A DNA stretch of 64,000 nucleotides. It comes from an uncultured Chloroflexia bacterium (GTDB lineage: Bacteria > Chloroflexota > Anaerolineae > Promineifilales > UBA4811). Shown one piece after another: positions 9,507-19,025 of the stretch; position 1 is the first letter of the stretch; every line of letters starts with the position of its first letter. A program made the position numbers and the translations under genes. The stretch covers positions 440,426-504,425 of the forward strand of contig CAVPPE010000003.1 in NCBI GenBank assembly GCA_963707345.1, in the 5' to 3' direction. The notes under the pieces are model-generated. The model ran no database searches. It was not told where the DNA came from and saw only the letters and a list, made by a program, of their open reading frames with translations.

Positions 9507-11882
9507 CTAGCTGGTTGAAAACTCGTCTTTGCCAAACGATTCCAACTCCAGCGCTAGATGTTGCAGCCGTGCCTGAACAGCATGGTGGATAGTGCCTTTC
9601 GGGTACGTGCCGCCAGCCCCCGATTCCCCGGCCGGCGTGCCGGTGAGGATCTCCAACCCTTCGTCGATGGTCCCCACTGCCCAAATGCTAAACTGCCCGG
9701 CCGACGCGGCCTCCACTACCTCTTCGCGCAGCATCAGGTCGCGCACGTTAGCGGCCGGGACAATCACGCCCTGTTGCCCCGACAGCCCCTGGATTTGGCA
9801 AATCTCGAAAAAGCCTTCTACCTTTTCGGTCACGCCGCCGATGGGTTGAACCTGGCCCCACTGGTTCACCGACCCGGTGACGGCGATCCCCTGGTTGATG
9901 GGTTTGCCAGCGAGGCTGGAGAGGAGGGCGTACAACTCGGCCGATGATGCGCTATCGCCCTCGATGCTGCTATAGTTTTGCTCAAATGCTAGGCTGGCTG
10001 AAAGTGAGAGTGGGTGCTCCTGGGCGTATTTGCCGCCCAGGTAGCCGGAAAGCGTCATTACGCCTCGATTGTGCAGCGGTCCGGAGAGCTCCACCTCCCG
10101 CTCGATGCTGACCACGCCCGTCCGTCCCATGTAGGTTTGGGCCGTGATGCGGGAGGGTTGCCCGAAGGAATGGTCGCCGATCTGCATCACGTACAGCCCG
10201 TTTACCTGTCCCACCACATCTCCATCTGTATCTACAAATAGCATCCCTTCCCGAATCTGACGCCGCAACCGCTCCTCAATCAGGTTGGAGCGGAAGGTAC
10301 GCTCGTTGATGGCCCGGGAGATATCTTCTGCCTGGACAGTAGTGCGTCCGGCCGTGCCGGCCCAATAGGATGCTTCCCGGATCACGTCTGCCACTTCGCC
10401 AAAGCGGGTGCTCAACTTGCCCTGCGAGCCAGCCAGCCGCGACCCGTATTCGATGATTTTGCCAATTGCCCCGCAGTCAAAATGCCTCAGGTTCTCTTCG
10501 TGGCAGCGAGCTGCAACAAAAAGCGCAAACTCGTTCTCATTCTCCGGCGTGCGGTCCATTTCAGCGTCAAAGTCTGCCTTGACCTTGAACAGCTTGGCAA
10601 AATCCTCTTCCAGCCCAAAAAGAGTGTAGTAGAGGGCCGGGGCCCCCAGCAAGACGACCTTGACGTTGAGCGGGATGGGTTCCGGGTCCAGAGTTTTGGT
10701 AGCAATGGCCTCGGCGGCCGGTTCCTCAATGCGGATGACTCGATCGGTAAGGGCGCGCTTGAGCGCCTGCCAGGCCCGGTCGTCGGTCAACACTTCGCCG
10801 GCGCGCAATACCAGGTAGCCGCCATTGGCCCGGTGCAGGCAGCCGGCTTTGATGTTGGTAAAGTTGGTGGTGGGCGCGCCAAATTTGATGTCGTACTCGA
10901 TCCGGCCGACCAGATTGTGATAGCTGGGATTGCTTTCCACGACAACTGGCGCACCGGCCGTTTTGCTGTGGTCCACAATCAGATTGACCTGGTAGCGCTG
11001 GAACGGATCGAGCTCGCCCTTGTCCTCTTCTTGCGGCCGAAAGTGGTCGACGTGCTGAATGATATCTTCCCGCATCAGGTCCAGGTGCAGCAGGGCTTCC
11101 TCTTCGACGGCGTAGGTGGATTGCAGAGCGCGGAAGTAATGCTCCGCTACCGAGGTGGCGACGCGTTGGTCCAGAGCCACCGTCTCTACCCTGGTTTCTT
11201 GCTCCAGTGAGATGACGGTTTTGAGCGCTTCTTCCAACTCCCGTTCCAACTCCCGCCGGGCGCTTTCCAGCCTTTCTTGCTCCTCGGCCGCGAGCGCGTT
11301 GAATGCCTCCTGTGGTATGGGCTGACCGTCTGCCACCGGGGTGATGACCAGGCCGTCTGGCGTGCGGATGATGGTGAACCCTTGCTCTGCCGCCTTGTGC
11401 TGGATCTTTTGCAGTACAAGGCTTCGCTGACCTTCGTACTCGTCAGAGATGCGGGCCAGCGCTTCGGAATACTCCTTGGTCTCGAACGCCTTGGGGATTT
11501 CGCGCCGCAGGCAGTTGATCAATTCGGCGATGTCATCCCGGAAACGAGCGCCCATGCCGGCCGGCATGGTGATGGCCCGCGGCCGACGCGGGTCTTGAAA
11601 GTTTTGCACGTACACCCAATCATCTGGCACCCGCGCCGAGACCGCCTTTTCTTTCAGAAACCGCTCGATGGAGGTGGTGCGGCCGCTGCCGGCCGGGCCC
11701 AGCACGTAAATGTTAAAACCAGGGCTGTCTATGTCTATCCCAAACTCGATTGAGCGGGTCCCGCGGGGCTGGCCGATGATCTTTTTGGTAAATGGAAGAT
11801 CAGCCGTCGTCTCAAACGTGAACCGGTCGGTTTCACAGACCCGGCGCAGTTGGTCCGGATTGAGTTTGGCTATTGGGCTCAT
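9507..11882 (-). CDS. Lon-like protease, LonC type (AAA_32 + Lon_C)
   Basis: IEGDSASSAE catalytic Ser, GGVTEKVEGF Lys; degenerate Walker A GPAGSGRTT. Confidence 0.88.
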   Translation of the reverse strand: MSPIAKLNPDQLRRVCETDRFTFETTADLPFTKKIIGQPRGTRSIEFGIDIDSPGFNIYVLGPAGSGRTTSIERFLKEKAVSARVPDDWVYVQNFQDPRRPRAITMPAGMGARFRDDIAELINCLRREIPKAFETKEYSEALARISDEYEGQRSLVLQKIQHKAAEQGFTIIRTPDGLVITPVADGQPIPQEAFNALAAEEQERLESARRELERELEEALKTVISLEQETRVETVALDQRVATSVAEHYFRALQSTYAVEEEALLHLDLMREDIIQHVDHFRPQEEDKGELDPFQRYQVNLIVDHSKTAGAPVVVESNPSYHNLVGRIEYDIKFGAPTTNFTNIKAGCLHRANGGYLVLRAGEVLTDDRAWQALKRALTDRVIRIEEPAAEAIATKTLDPEPIPLNVKVVLLGAPALYYTLFGLEEDFAKLFKVKADFDAEMDRTPENENEFALFVAARCHEENLRHFDCGAIGKIIEYGSRLAGSQGKLSTRFGEVADVIREASYWAGTAGRTTVQAEDISRAINERTFRSNLIEERLRRQIREGMLFVDTDGDVVGQVNGLYVMQIGDHSFGQPSRITAQTYMGRTGVVSIEREVELSGPLHNRGVMTLSGYLGGKYAQEHPLSLSASLAFEQNYSSIEGDSASSAELYALLSSLAGKPINQGIAVTGSVNQWGQVQPIGGVTEKVEGFFEICQIQGLSGQQGVIVPAANVRDLMLREEVVEAASAGQFSIWAVGTIDEGLEILTGTPAGESGAGGTYPKGTIHHAVQARLQHLALELESFGKDEFSTS

Positions 11883-11925
11883 GGTTTCGCTCCTGTTGTA
11901 GTTTGCGGGCCGCATTGCCCCGGGG

Positions 11926-11978
11926 AAAAAGACAAACCCTCACCCAGAATTTACATTTTTCCTGAATGAGGGTTTGAC
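11926..11978 (-). terminator. Intrinsic terminator after jag
   Basis: CAAACCCTCA...TGAGGGTTTG stem followed by TCTTTTT on the minus strand. Confidence 0.6.
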
Positions 11979-12004
11979 ATGACAGAAAGCCTCAGCGGGC
12001 AGCG

Positions 12005-12787
12005 CTAGCTCTTGGCCTTGGGCAGAATGGTTACCTTGCGCCGGTCCAGTTCTCCAACGCTTTCGGTGACCACGGTTGGGTGATTGCGCAGAGCCAGGTG
12101 GATGATGCGGCGCTCGTAGGCGTTCATTGGTTCCAGCGCAATCCGCCGATTGCGGCGGGTGGCCTGTTCCGCAATGCGCAACGCCAGCTTGCGGAGCGCT
12201 TTTTCACGGCGTGCTTTGTACCCTTCGATGTCTACCAGCAGGTTGACACGCTGCTTGGCTTCCTTGTTGATAATCAGCCGGGCAACGTGCTGGACGGCCG
12301 CCAGCGTTTCCCCTTTGCGGCCGATCAGGAAGCTCAGGTCCTGGCCGCGCAAATTCAGGATGTAGGTGTCTTCATCGCCTGTGTTGTTGGATGGCTCAAC
12401 GCGCCCCTCGATTTCTGCGTCTACCTGCATTCTGTCCAATAGCTCCGACAGCACCTCGCGCGAGCGTTCGAGAATCGCTTGAGGGCCGGCCAGGTCAGGT
12501 TCTGGCTCTCGCTCTGGCTTTGGCTCTGGTGCCGGTGCCGGCCGGGGCTGCGGGCGGGCTGCGGCTGGCGGTGGGGCGAGTTTCTCCGCGGCCGGCTGGG
12601 TCCCTCCGCTGGCAGTGAGGCGGACCAGAGCATCCCGCGAACCGATGCCGAGGACCCCCCGGCTGGGTTGCTGGATCACTTCAACCGTTACCTGCTCGCG
12701 CGCAACTCCCAGTTGGGCCAGCCCGGCCGCAATGGCGGATTCCACGTCAGCGCCGCTGGATTCAATCGATCGAATCTGTTGTACCAT
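12005..12787 (-). CDS. jag: Jag/EloR RNA-binding protein (Jag_N, KH, R3H)
   Basis: LIGRKGETL KH motif; MNAYERRIIHLAL R3H motif; follows yidC. Confidence 0.93.
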   Translation of the reverse strand: MVQQIRSIESSGADVESAIAAGLAQLGVAREQVTVEVIQQPSRGVLGIGSRDALVRLTASGGTQPAAEKLAPPPAAARPQPRPAPAPEPKPEREPEPDLAGPQAILERSREVLSELLDRMQVDAEIEGRVEPSNNTGDEDTYILNLRGQDLSFLIGRKGETLAAVQHVARLIINKEAKQRVNLLVDIEGYKARREKALRKLALRIAEQATRRNRRIALEPMNAYERRIIHLALRNHPTVVTESVGELDRRKVTILPKAKS

Positions 12788-12837
12788 GCTTTTCCCTCTC
12801 TCGCCTGGGCGCCGTGGCAACGGTACCCGGCAATCTG

Positions 12838-13662
12838 TTAGCGTTTGCTCTTGTTTTTACTTTTCTGCTTGGGCGGCGCGGGCGCGGGCGCGGGCACCAA
12901 TTTTTCGGCTGTGGCGGCCGAACTCTTGCTTCCTCTGAAACCCAGTCTGTTCATGCCCCAATATTGCAGCACGCCAATCAGGTTGGAAATGATAAAGTAG
13001 ATCGAGAGGCCAGAGGCGAACGAGAGGGCGAAAAAGCCAAACATGATGGGCATGGTCAACATCATGGACTGGTTCATGCCGGCCATCTGATTGTCCGACT
13101 GGCCGGAGGATGAAGGGGTCATGATTTTCTGCTGCCAGAAACCGGTTGCCACCACCAGCAGGATGAGGATGTAAGCGTACCATGGCTGGGCGCCTCCGGG
13201 CGGCTGGCCCAAATTGATGCCCAGCCACTTGTTGTTCAACGGGATAAGCTGGGTGAGATTGGGAAGGAAGGCATACAGGCGCTGGGAAAGCTCGAGGAGT
13301 TGCAAAGGGGTGGCCGCCAGGGAGGTGATGATGGCCTGATAGAGACCAAACATGATGGGCATGGTCAGCAGCAGCGGCAGACAGCCACCCAGAGGATTAA
13401 TCTTGTGCTCGCGGTAGAGCTCCATCTGTGCCTGGCTAAGCTTTTCTTTGTCGTTGACGTACTTTTTCTTGAGTTTTTCCAGTTCCGGCTGAAGGTCTTG
13501 CATGGCTTTGGCCGAGCGCTGTTGCTGGAGGGTGAACGGGAGGGTGATGAGCCTGGTGATGAGGGTGAAAACGGCCACTGCCAAGGCAAAGTTGTTGAAC
13601 AGTACCTGATACAACAGGAGCAGTAGATTGGTCATTGGGTTCAGAATCAAGTTGTCCCACAT
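12838..13662 (-). CDS. yidC: Membrane protein insertase YidC
   Basis: LQPELEKLKKKY, INPLGGCLPLL and GLSIYFIISN motifs. Confidence 0.95.
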   Translation of the reverse strand: MWDNLILNPMTNLLLLLYQVLFNNFALAVAVFTLITRLITLPFTLQQQRSAKAMQDLQPELEKLKKKYVNDKEKLSQAQMELYREHKINPLGGCLPLLLTMPIMFGLYQAIITSLAATPLQLLELSQRLYAFLPNLTQLIPLNNKWLGINLGQPPGGAQPWYAYILILLVVATGFWQQKIMTPSSSGQSDNQMAGMNQSMMLTMPIMFGFFALSFASGLSIYFIISNLIGVLQYWGMNRLGFRGSKSSAATAEKLVPAPAPAPPKQKSKNKSKR

Positions 13663-13676
13663 GGCGTTACCGTCTC

Positions 13677-14858
13677 CTACTTGTCGGTTGGCGGGATGTG
13701 CTGCCATTGGAGCACGCCCGTTTCAGCGTTGAATACTTGCAGCAGCACGTTTCCCTGCGCGGGTGTTACCAGCACCAGGTCTCCCTGCACGGCCGGACTG
13801 GTGTAGATGGTCTCATCGGTGGCCTGCTCCCAAACGATCCGGTAGTCGGCCGGATCCAGCGCCAGCACCACGCCGCGAGTGCTGATGTTGCCCGGATTGG
13901 CGACCTTGCGGCCGGTTACGTACAGTCGGCCGGTTTCCGGGTCGTAAACTGGCCGGCCGCGGATGGCATCGGCCACCTGTTGGCTCCACAATACCTCACC
14001 GCTGTCCGGGTCCACGGCGTACAGGTTGCCGCCCAGATCGCCGAAAAAGAGCTTGTCGCCGGCCAGTTCCGGCCGGTCCCAGACCCAGTTCTCGGCCACC
14101 ACCCGCCAGAGCTGTTGGCCGGTCTTGACGTCCAGCGCGTACAGGCTGTAGTCAAAGTTGCCCACAAAGAGCTTGTCTCCCTCGGCCGAAAGGAGCGGGG
14201 TGCCCGCCATGGCGCCGGGCAACTCGGCAGACCAGATCTCTCGGCCGGTCGCGGTCTCAAGGGCATACACATGGTGGTCCAGCGAGGAGATGTAGATCGT
14301 TTCCGGGGTCACCAGCGGCTCGGACCAGTTGCCGTGCTTGGTGGTGAACTGCCACTGGATTGCCGCCAACTCGGCCGCACGCCGCGCCTCATCTGCTTTT
14401 TCGGCACCCGTGCCCAGCCGTTCCAGTTCCGCCAGTTTGAGCGCGAATAGTTCGTTGCCGGCCGTGGCAACAAACACCATCCCATCAAACAGCACCGGGC
14501 TGCCAATATAACGGTCACTGGCGCGATGAAAGGCCCACTCTACCGTCAGGGATTCGCGGTCGATCCCGTACAGCACATTGTCGTATCCGCCTATCACCAT
14601 CAGACCGTCAGTGATCACTGGCGGCGCATAATAGGCTGGGCTCTTGGCATCAACCGCGCCGGGGAATTGCCACTGGACGCGCTGCGCTTGCGCGTCAATG
14701 GCATAAATGTTTTGATTAAAAGCGATGTATGCCAGGTTATCTTCTATCGAGATGCCAGGCCAGCTAGTAGAGGCCAGCCGGCTGCCGGAACAACCAGCCA
14801 GCAACAGGGTCAGGCCCACCATCAACAGGGGCCATAGAAAACGTTTATCCGGTTTCAA
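13677..14858 (-). CDS. PQQ-like beta-propeller lipoprotein (BamB-like repeats)
   Basis: Lipobox LLAGC; repeated YALDxxTGxxxW blades; TTG start after GGAGGG. Confidence 0.85.
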   Translation of the reverse strand: MKPDKRFLWPLLMVGLTLLLAGCSGSRLASTSWPGISIEDNLAYIAFNQNIYAIDAQAQRVQWQFPGAVDAKSPAYYAPPVITDGLMVIGGYDNVLYGIDRESLTVEWAFHRASDRYIGSPVLFDGMVFVATAGNELFALKLAELERLGTGAEKADEARRAAELAAIQWQFTTKHGNWSEPLVTPETIYISSLDHHVYALETATGREIWSAELPGAMAGTPLLSAEGDKLFVGNFDYSLYALDVKTGQQLWRVVAENWVWDRPELAGDKLFFGDLGGNLYAVDPDSGEVLWSQQVADAIRGRPVYDPETGRLYVTGRKVANPGNISTRGVVLALDPADYRIVWEQATDETIYTSPAVQGDLVLVTPAQGNVLLQVFNAETGVLQWQHIPPTDK

Positions 14859-14883
14859 CTCTTTCCCTCCACGAATAGCTTGC

Positions 14884-15093
14884 TCAAGGGACGGGGTCAA
14901 ACCCGCCAGGGTGAAATGGATGGCAGCGTGTTACACGCTTGATCGCCAGCCAGCCTCCGTTGAGCAGGCCGTGTTTTTCGATTGCCTGATAGCCGTATGT
15001 TGAGCAACTTGGTTCGAAGCGACAAGATGGGGGCATCACCCGCCCAAGCGTGAGCTGGTAAAAGCGAATAAGCCCCAATGCCAGGAATTTCAT
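14884..15093 (-). CDS. yidD: Membrane protein insertion efficiency factor YidD
   Basis: CRFEPSCSTY...RCHPFHPGGFDPVP. Confidence 0.95.
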   Translation of the reverse strand: MKFLALGLIRFYQLTLGRVMPPSCRFEPSCSTYGYQAIEKHGLLNGGWLAIKRVTRCHPFHPGGFDPVP

Positions 15094-15479
15094 GCCAAGT
15101 TTGGTTGGTCAGGTGGGGTGGCGGTCTGATGCTGGCCGGCCGGCGGGGTCCAAAGCCGGGCGCGTTGCAGCAATTGGAAGAAGGCTTGGTCTATCTGGGC
15201 CAGGGTCGCGTCGCGCAGCGGGGGGCGGGCGATGAGGACACAATCCCACCCGGCCGGGATGGAGTCCAACCGGTGGCGTACCGCCTCGCGCAGCAATCTT
15301 CGTGTCCTGTTCCGTTGGACTGCGTTGCCAATCCGCTTGCTGGCGATAAAGCCAAAGCGGCTGGTGGACAGGCCGGTGTCGACCGCCGAGAGCACCATCA
15401 GCCGGTTGGACCAGGTTTGCCCGCGTGCACGCACATGAGCAAAATCACGGGATCGCCTGAGCCGATGTCGTCGCTCCAT
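15090..15479 (-). CDS. rnpA: Ribonuclease P protein component
   Basis: SKRIGNAVQRNRTRRLLRE RNR motif. Confidence 0.95.
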   Translation of the reverse strand: MERRHRLRRSRDFAHVRARGQTWSNRLMVLSAVDTGLSTSRFGFIASKRIGNAVQRNRTRRLLREAVRHRLDSIPAGWDCVLIARPPLRDATLAQIDQAFFQLLQRARLWTPPAGQHQTATPPDQPNLA

Positions 15480-15521
15480 GACAAGCGCGGAGCCAAAGGG
15501 GGACAGACCGCCGACAACTGA

Positions 15522-15695
15522 TTACGCGTTCCAGTTGACCTTTTTGACGTGGTTGCGCTTCACCGCCAGTTGATGGCGCCCACGCAGGCGGCGTGCTTTG
15601 AGCACATTGCGGCCGCCGTGGGTCTTCATCCGCTGGCGAAAGCCATGGACGCGGGCGCGTCGGCGAATCTTTGGTTGATACGTTCTCTTTGGCAT
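15522..15695 (-). CDS. rpmH: 50S ribosomal protein L34 (57 aa; absent from the ORF track)
   Basis: Hand translation [57 protein letters not shown]. Confidence 0.97.
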   Translation of the reverse strand: MPKRTYQPKIRRRARVHGFRQRMKTHGGRNVLKARRLRGRHQLAVKRNHVKKVNWNA

Positions 15696-15774
15696 TCCTT
15701 CTCTCCTACAACAACAGAGCCGCGCGTCTGCCCGGCCCTGTTAGGGTTTTGCTATTGGCTGTCAAAGCGCGAAA

Positions 15775-15803
15775 ATTATACCGCACTCGTCAGGCGTGGT
15801 CAA
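15775..15803 (-). promoter_or_regulatory. Sigma70-type promoter of the rpmH operon
   Basis: TTGACC-17 bp-TATAAT. Confidence 0.8.
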
Positions 15804-15822
15804 ATGCGTTTGCGGCATCCGT

Positions 15823-15878
15823 TTTGCACAAAACCTGCATCCTATCTCCATAGGTCCTTCATACTTCAGTGCTAGAAT
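15823..15878 (+). promoter_or_regulatory. Four 11-bp-phased repeats plus extended -10 (putative OmpR-family site 1)
   Basis: TTTGCACA/CCTGCATC/TCTCCATA/CCTTCATA at 15823, 15834, 15845, 15856; TGcTAGAAT with -10 at 15873. Confidence 0.7.
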
Positions 15879-15945
15879 GACAGACCTTATGCAGGTAGCA
15901 ATACCGCAAGTCCTGAATCGGAGCAGATGTGTATAGGAGAGGCAT

Positions 15946-16587
15946 ATGTCCAACGTAACGACGATTTCAAAACAAACTCGAGCCAATTGGCTAATTGACG
16001 CGGCCGTTTTCCTGACTGGGGCGGCGGCGATCCTTTCCGGGATCTATTTTCTTTTCCTGCCATCGGGCGGGTATGAAGGCGGCCGGAACCCGATGTACGG
16101 CGTGGTGATCCTGTTTGATCGGCACACCTGGGACGATCTGCACGTCTGGGGAGGTGTGCTGATGATTGCGGCTGCGGTGGTCCATTTTGCCATCCATTGG
16201 GATTGGGTCAAGCGGATGAGCCGCAGGGTGGTGAAGGCTCTGAGAGAGCCGGCCTGCGGTCTTTCGAAAGGCGCTTGGGTGAATGTGGTGGTGGACCTGG
16301 TGATTGCCATTAGCTTTGTGATCACGGCCGCGTCCGGCGTTTTCTTTTTGTTTGCCCCGGCCGGCGGCTTTCAGGGCGGCCGGAATCCCGGCTGGGACCC
16401 CGGTTTCCTGTTCAGCCGCGCCACCTGGGACCTGATTCACACCTGGGCCGGGGTGGTGATGGTGGCAGCGGCCGTGATGCATGTGTGGATTCATTGGCGC
16501 TGGGTGGTCAATGTGACCAGGCGCTTTTTCCTCTCGCTCCGGCCGCAGCCGCGCTTGGCGCCGGTGGTCGTGACCAAGTTTGAGTGA
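15946..16587 (+). CDS. Tandem DUF4405-like membrane protein (cytochrome b-like His pairs)
   Basis: Two internal repeats WxxxHxWxG...HxxxHWxW; AGGAG RBS. Confidence 0.8.
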   Translation: MSNVTTISKQTRANWLIDAAVFLTGAAAILSGIYFLFLPSGGYEGGRNPMYGVVILFDRHTWDDLHVWGGVLMIAAAVVHFAIHWDWVKRMSRRVVKALREPACGLSKGAWVNVVVDLVIAISFVITAASGVFFLFAPAGGFQGGRNPGWDPGFLFSRATWDLIHTWAGVVMVAAAVMHVWIHWRWVVNVTRRFFLSLRPQPRLAPVVVTKFE

Positions 16588-16627
16588 GACGGGCAACAAT
16601 CGGATATCAATAAGGGGAGATACAGCG

Positions 16628-17203
16628 ATGGTTAAGAGAATTCTGATAGGAACGCTTTTTGTCGGGCTGATCGGTTTTCTGGCGGCCGGGGCGGTCATCC
16701 GCACCCTGGATCGAACCGGCCCGGCGGCAGCGGCCGCCAGCGAGGAGACACGCGAGCAAACGGGCCAGGGCCGCGGCCGGGATGCGGAAGCGGCCGGCGA
16801 ATGTGGGGTAGATGGCCCCAAGACCGAGGGCACAGATTTACGCGGCCAGGGCAATGGTAATGCAGACCGCAGGGCGACCGGGGAGCAGGTCGGGGCAGGC
16901 CAGGCAGAGGTAGATGAATGGGTGCAGATCAGTGGCGCAGTCGTTGCGGTAGATGCAGAGATGTTGACAGTGCAGCTGCCTGATGGAAACCAGCTGATCG
17001 TCGACGGCCGGGCGTGGCGGTATGTTCAGGAGCAGGGTTTTGCGATCTCGGTGGGAGATGAGGTGACGCTGATTGGCTTTTTTGAGAATGGCGACTTGGA
17101 GGTTGGTCAGATCGACGACTACACCAGCGGCCAGACTGTGAGCATTCGCGACGAGTCCGGTCGGCCGCTGTGGGCCGGCCGCGGCCGGGGTGGTCAGTTT
17201 TAG
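16628..17203 (+). CDS. Secreted or membrane-anchored hypothetical protein with OB-fold-like C-terminal domain
   Basis: Signal/TM, Gly-rich linker, ISGAVVAVD...VGDEVTLIG beta pattern; GGGGAG RBS. Confidence 0.7.
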   Translation: MVKRILIGTLFVGLIGFLAAGAVIRTLDRTGPAAAAASEETREQTGQGRGRDAEAAGECGVDGPKTEGTDLRGQGNGNADRRATGEQVGAGQAEVDEWVQISGAVVAVDAEMLTVQLPDGNQLIVDGRAWRYVQEQGFAISVGDEVTLIGFFENGDLEVGQIDDYTSGQTVSIRDESGRPLWAGRGRGGQF

Positions 17204-17228
17204 TCAGACACCAGATTCAGAAGCGTGG

Positions 17229-17262
17229 CACCAGGGGCCCGGCCGGGCCCCTGGTGTTTTTT
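17229..17262 (+). terminator. Intrinsic terminator
   Basis: Perfect 28-bp palindrome CACCAGGGGCCCGGCCGGGCCCCTGGTG plus T6. Confidence 0.8.
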
Positions 17263-17299
17263 GGTGTGCGCGCTCAAGTTGTCGTCGTGGAAGAAAAAC

Positions 17300-17340
17300 G
17301 GGGGTGGGGATGGAGCGCGAAGCGCTCCATCCCCACCCCC
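17300..17340. repeat. Perfect 19-bp-stem hairpin with GAA triloop (divergent relative of the dispersed repeat)
   Basis: GGGGGTGGGGATGGAGCGC-GAA-GCGCTCCATCCCCACCCCC. Confidence 0.7.
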
Positions 17341-17477
17341 TATCACCATCCTGCTGGAGTCGAGTCACTCACAGCATCTGAGCACACACTTTTTTGTGGC
17401 GGGTTGTTGTTTTTTGCCTCGCTTGTGCTACAATCCGGCTCACGGGTTGCTACTACACTGGAAACGAGGAGGTCGCC

Positions 17478-18146
17478 ATGGATATTGGGAAGGCATTTAG
17501 CTTTGTCTTTGAAGATGAGGAATGGGTCAAAAAGGCGCTGATTGGTGCGGTTCTGGCGCTCACTGGCATCGGGTTTATCCCCATCATTGGTTATGGCATG
17601 GAGATTGTACGGCGGGTGGTCAAGGGCCATCCACAGGTCCTGCCTGAGTGGGATGATTGGGGCACCAAAATAATCGAGGGCCTTTTGAGTGGCGTTGTAT
17701 CGTTTGTCTGGTCGCTTCCTGCTGTACTGGTGAGCGTCTGTGTGGGTGTAGTGCTTGTCCCGCTGGCTGACCAGGGCGGAGATGCGGCCGGGATTCTGTT
17801 TGTCGCGCTGTCCGTCTGTGTCGGGCTGGTGGCCATCCTCTACAGCATCGCGCTGATGTTCGTGCTCCCGGCCGCACTGGCACATTACGCGGTCACCGGC
17901 GAGTTTGGAGCCGCGTTCCGCTTTGGCGAGATTATCGGCATGGTCCGGCAAAACCTGAGTGCCTACCTGATGGTCCTGCTGGTGACCATCCTGGCTCAAA
18001 TTGTTGCCAGTTTGGGTAGCATTGCGCTGGGCTGTGGTGTGTTTTTCACTTCCTTTTACTCGGTGCTGATTATGTACCACGCCTACGGGCAGGCGTACCG
18101 GGTAGCGGCCGGCAACGTGGAAGGTTCTGTCGCTTACAACTACTAG
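17478..18146 (+). CDS. DUF4013 family membrane protein
   Basis: MDIGKAFSFVFEDEEWVKK...GY...LPEWDDWG pattern; AGGAGG RBS. Confidence 0.85.
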   Translation: MDIGKAFSFVFEDEEWVKKALIGAVLALTGIGFIPIIGYGMEIVRRVVKGHPQVLPEWDDWGTKIIEGLLSGVVSFVWSLPAVLVSVCVGVVLVPLADQGGDAAGILFVALSVCVGLVAILYSIALMFVLPAALAHYAVTGEFGAAFRFGEIIGMVRQNLSAYLMVLLVTILAQIVASLGSIALGCGVFFTSFYSVLIMYHAYGQAYRVAAGNVEGSVAYNY

Positions 18147-18166
18147 CACAGTTTGAGCGTACGCTG

Positions 18167-18206
18167 GCCCCGGCCGCGCAACGGCGAGATCGGCCGGGGC
18201 TTTTTT
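18167..18206 (+). terminator. Intrinsic terminator
   Basis: GCCCCGGCCG...CGGCCGGGGC plus T6. Confidence 0.75.
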
Positions 18207-18221
18207 GTTTGGGAGGGTTGA

Positions 18222-18989
18222 TTGTCACCTATCGCAGAGACTGCCAGCGGGCCGATCTGGCATGCGCGTACCCGCCGGCCGGTTACCGGCCGGCCGCCGG
18301 TGGTGTTGATCCACGGCGCAGGCGGCTCGCATCTGCATTGGCCTCCTTATTTGCGGCGCTTGCCCGGCACTGACGTGCTGGCTTTGGATCTGCCGGGCCA
18401 CGGCCGTTCGGCCGGGGCCGGCCGGGATAGCATTGCCAACTATGCGGCCGATCTATTGGCCTGGCTGGACGCGCTGGCGGTGGAGCGGGCGGTTCTGTGC
18501 GGCCACTCGATGGGAGGAGCAGTAGCCCAATGGCTGGCACTGGAGCGGCCGGAGCGTGTGGCAGGGCTGGTGCTGATGGGTACCGGGGCCATGCTGCGGG
18601 TAGCGCCCATTTTGCTGGAAACCGTTTTAAATAACCCCGCGGCCGTTCTGGGGATGATGGCTGACTGGCTATACGGTCCGGCCGCGCCGCCGGCGCTGCG
18701 GGAATTGGGGATGCAGGCTATGGCCGCCGTCCCGCCGGCCGTCTTTCATGGTGATCTGCTGGCCTGCGACCAGTTTGACGTGCGCGGCCGGCTGGCAGAG
18801 ATTTGCGTTCCTACCCTGGTGGTCGGCGCGACCGAGGACAAGATGACCCCGCTCAAGTTCTCGCACTACCTGGCGGAAAATATCCCCGGTGCACAGTTGG
18901 TGATTGTTGCGGAAGCCGGCCACATGATGATGCTGGAGCGGCCGGATGAGGTGGGCGCGGCCGTGACCAGGTTCCTGAGTGCGTTATAA
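18222..18989 (+). CDS. Alpha/beta hydrolase
   Basis: LIHGAGG, DLPGHG, GHSMGG nucleophile elbow, AGHMM. Confidence 0.9.
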   Translation: MSPIAETASGPIWHARTRRPVTGRPPVVLIHGAGGSHLHWPPYLRRLPGTDVLALDLPGHGRSAGAGRDSIANYAADLLAWLDALAVERAVLCGHSMGGAVAQWLALERPERVAGLVLMGTGAMLRVAPILLETVLNNPAAVLGMMADWLYGPAAPPALRELGMQAMAAVPPAVFHGDLLACDQFDVRGRLAEICVPTLVVGATEDKMTPLKFSHYLAENIPGAQLVIVAEAGHMMMLERPDEVGAAVTRFLSAL

Positions 18990-19025
18990 TAGGGGCGACC
19001 ACACGGTCGCCTTTTGTCTGTGAGC

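Noticed and set aside
15696-15945. oriC upstream of rpmH
   Set aside because: No DnaA boxes or dnaA seen; the region is explained by two divergent promoters.
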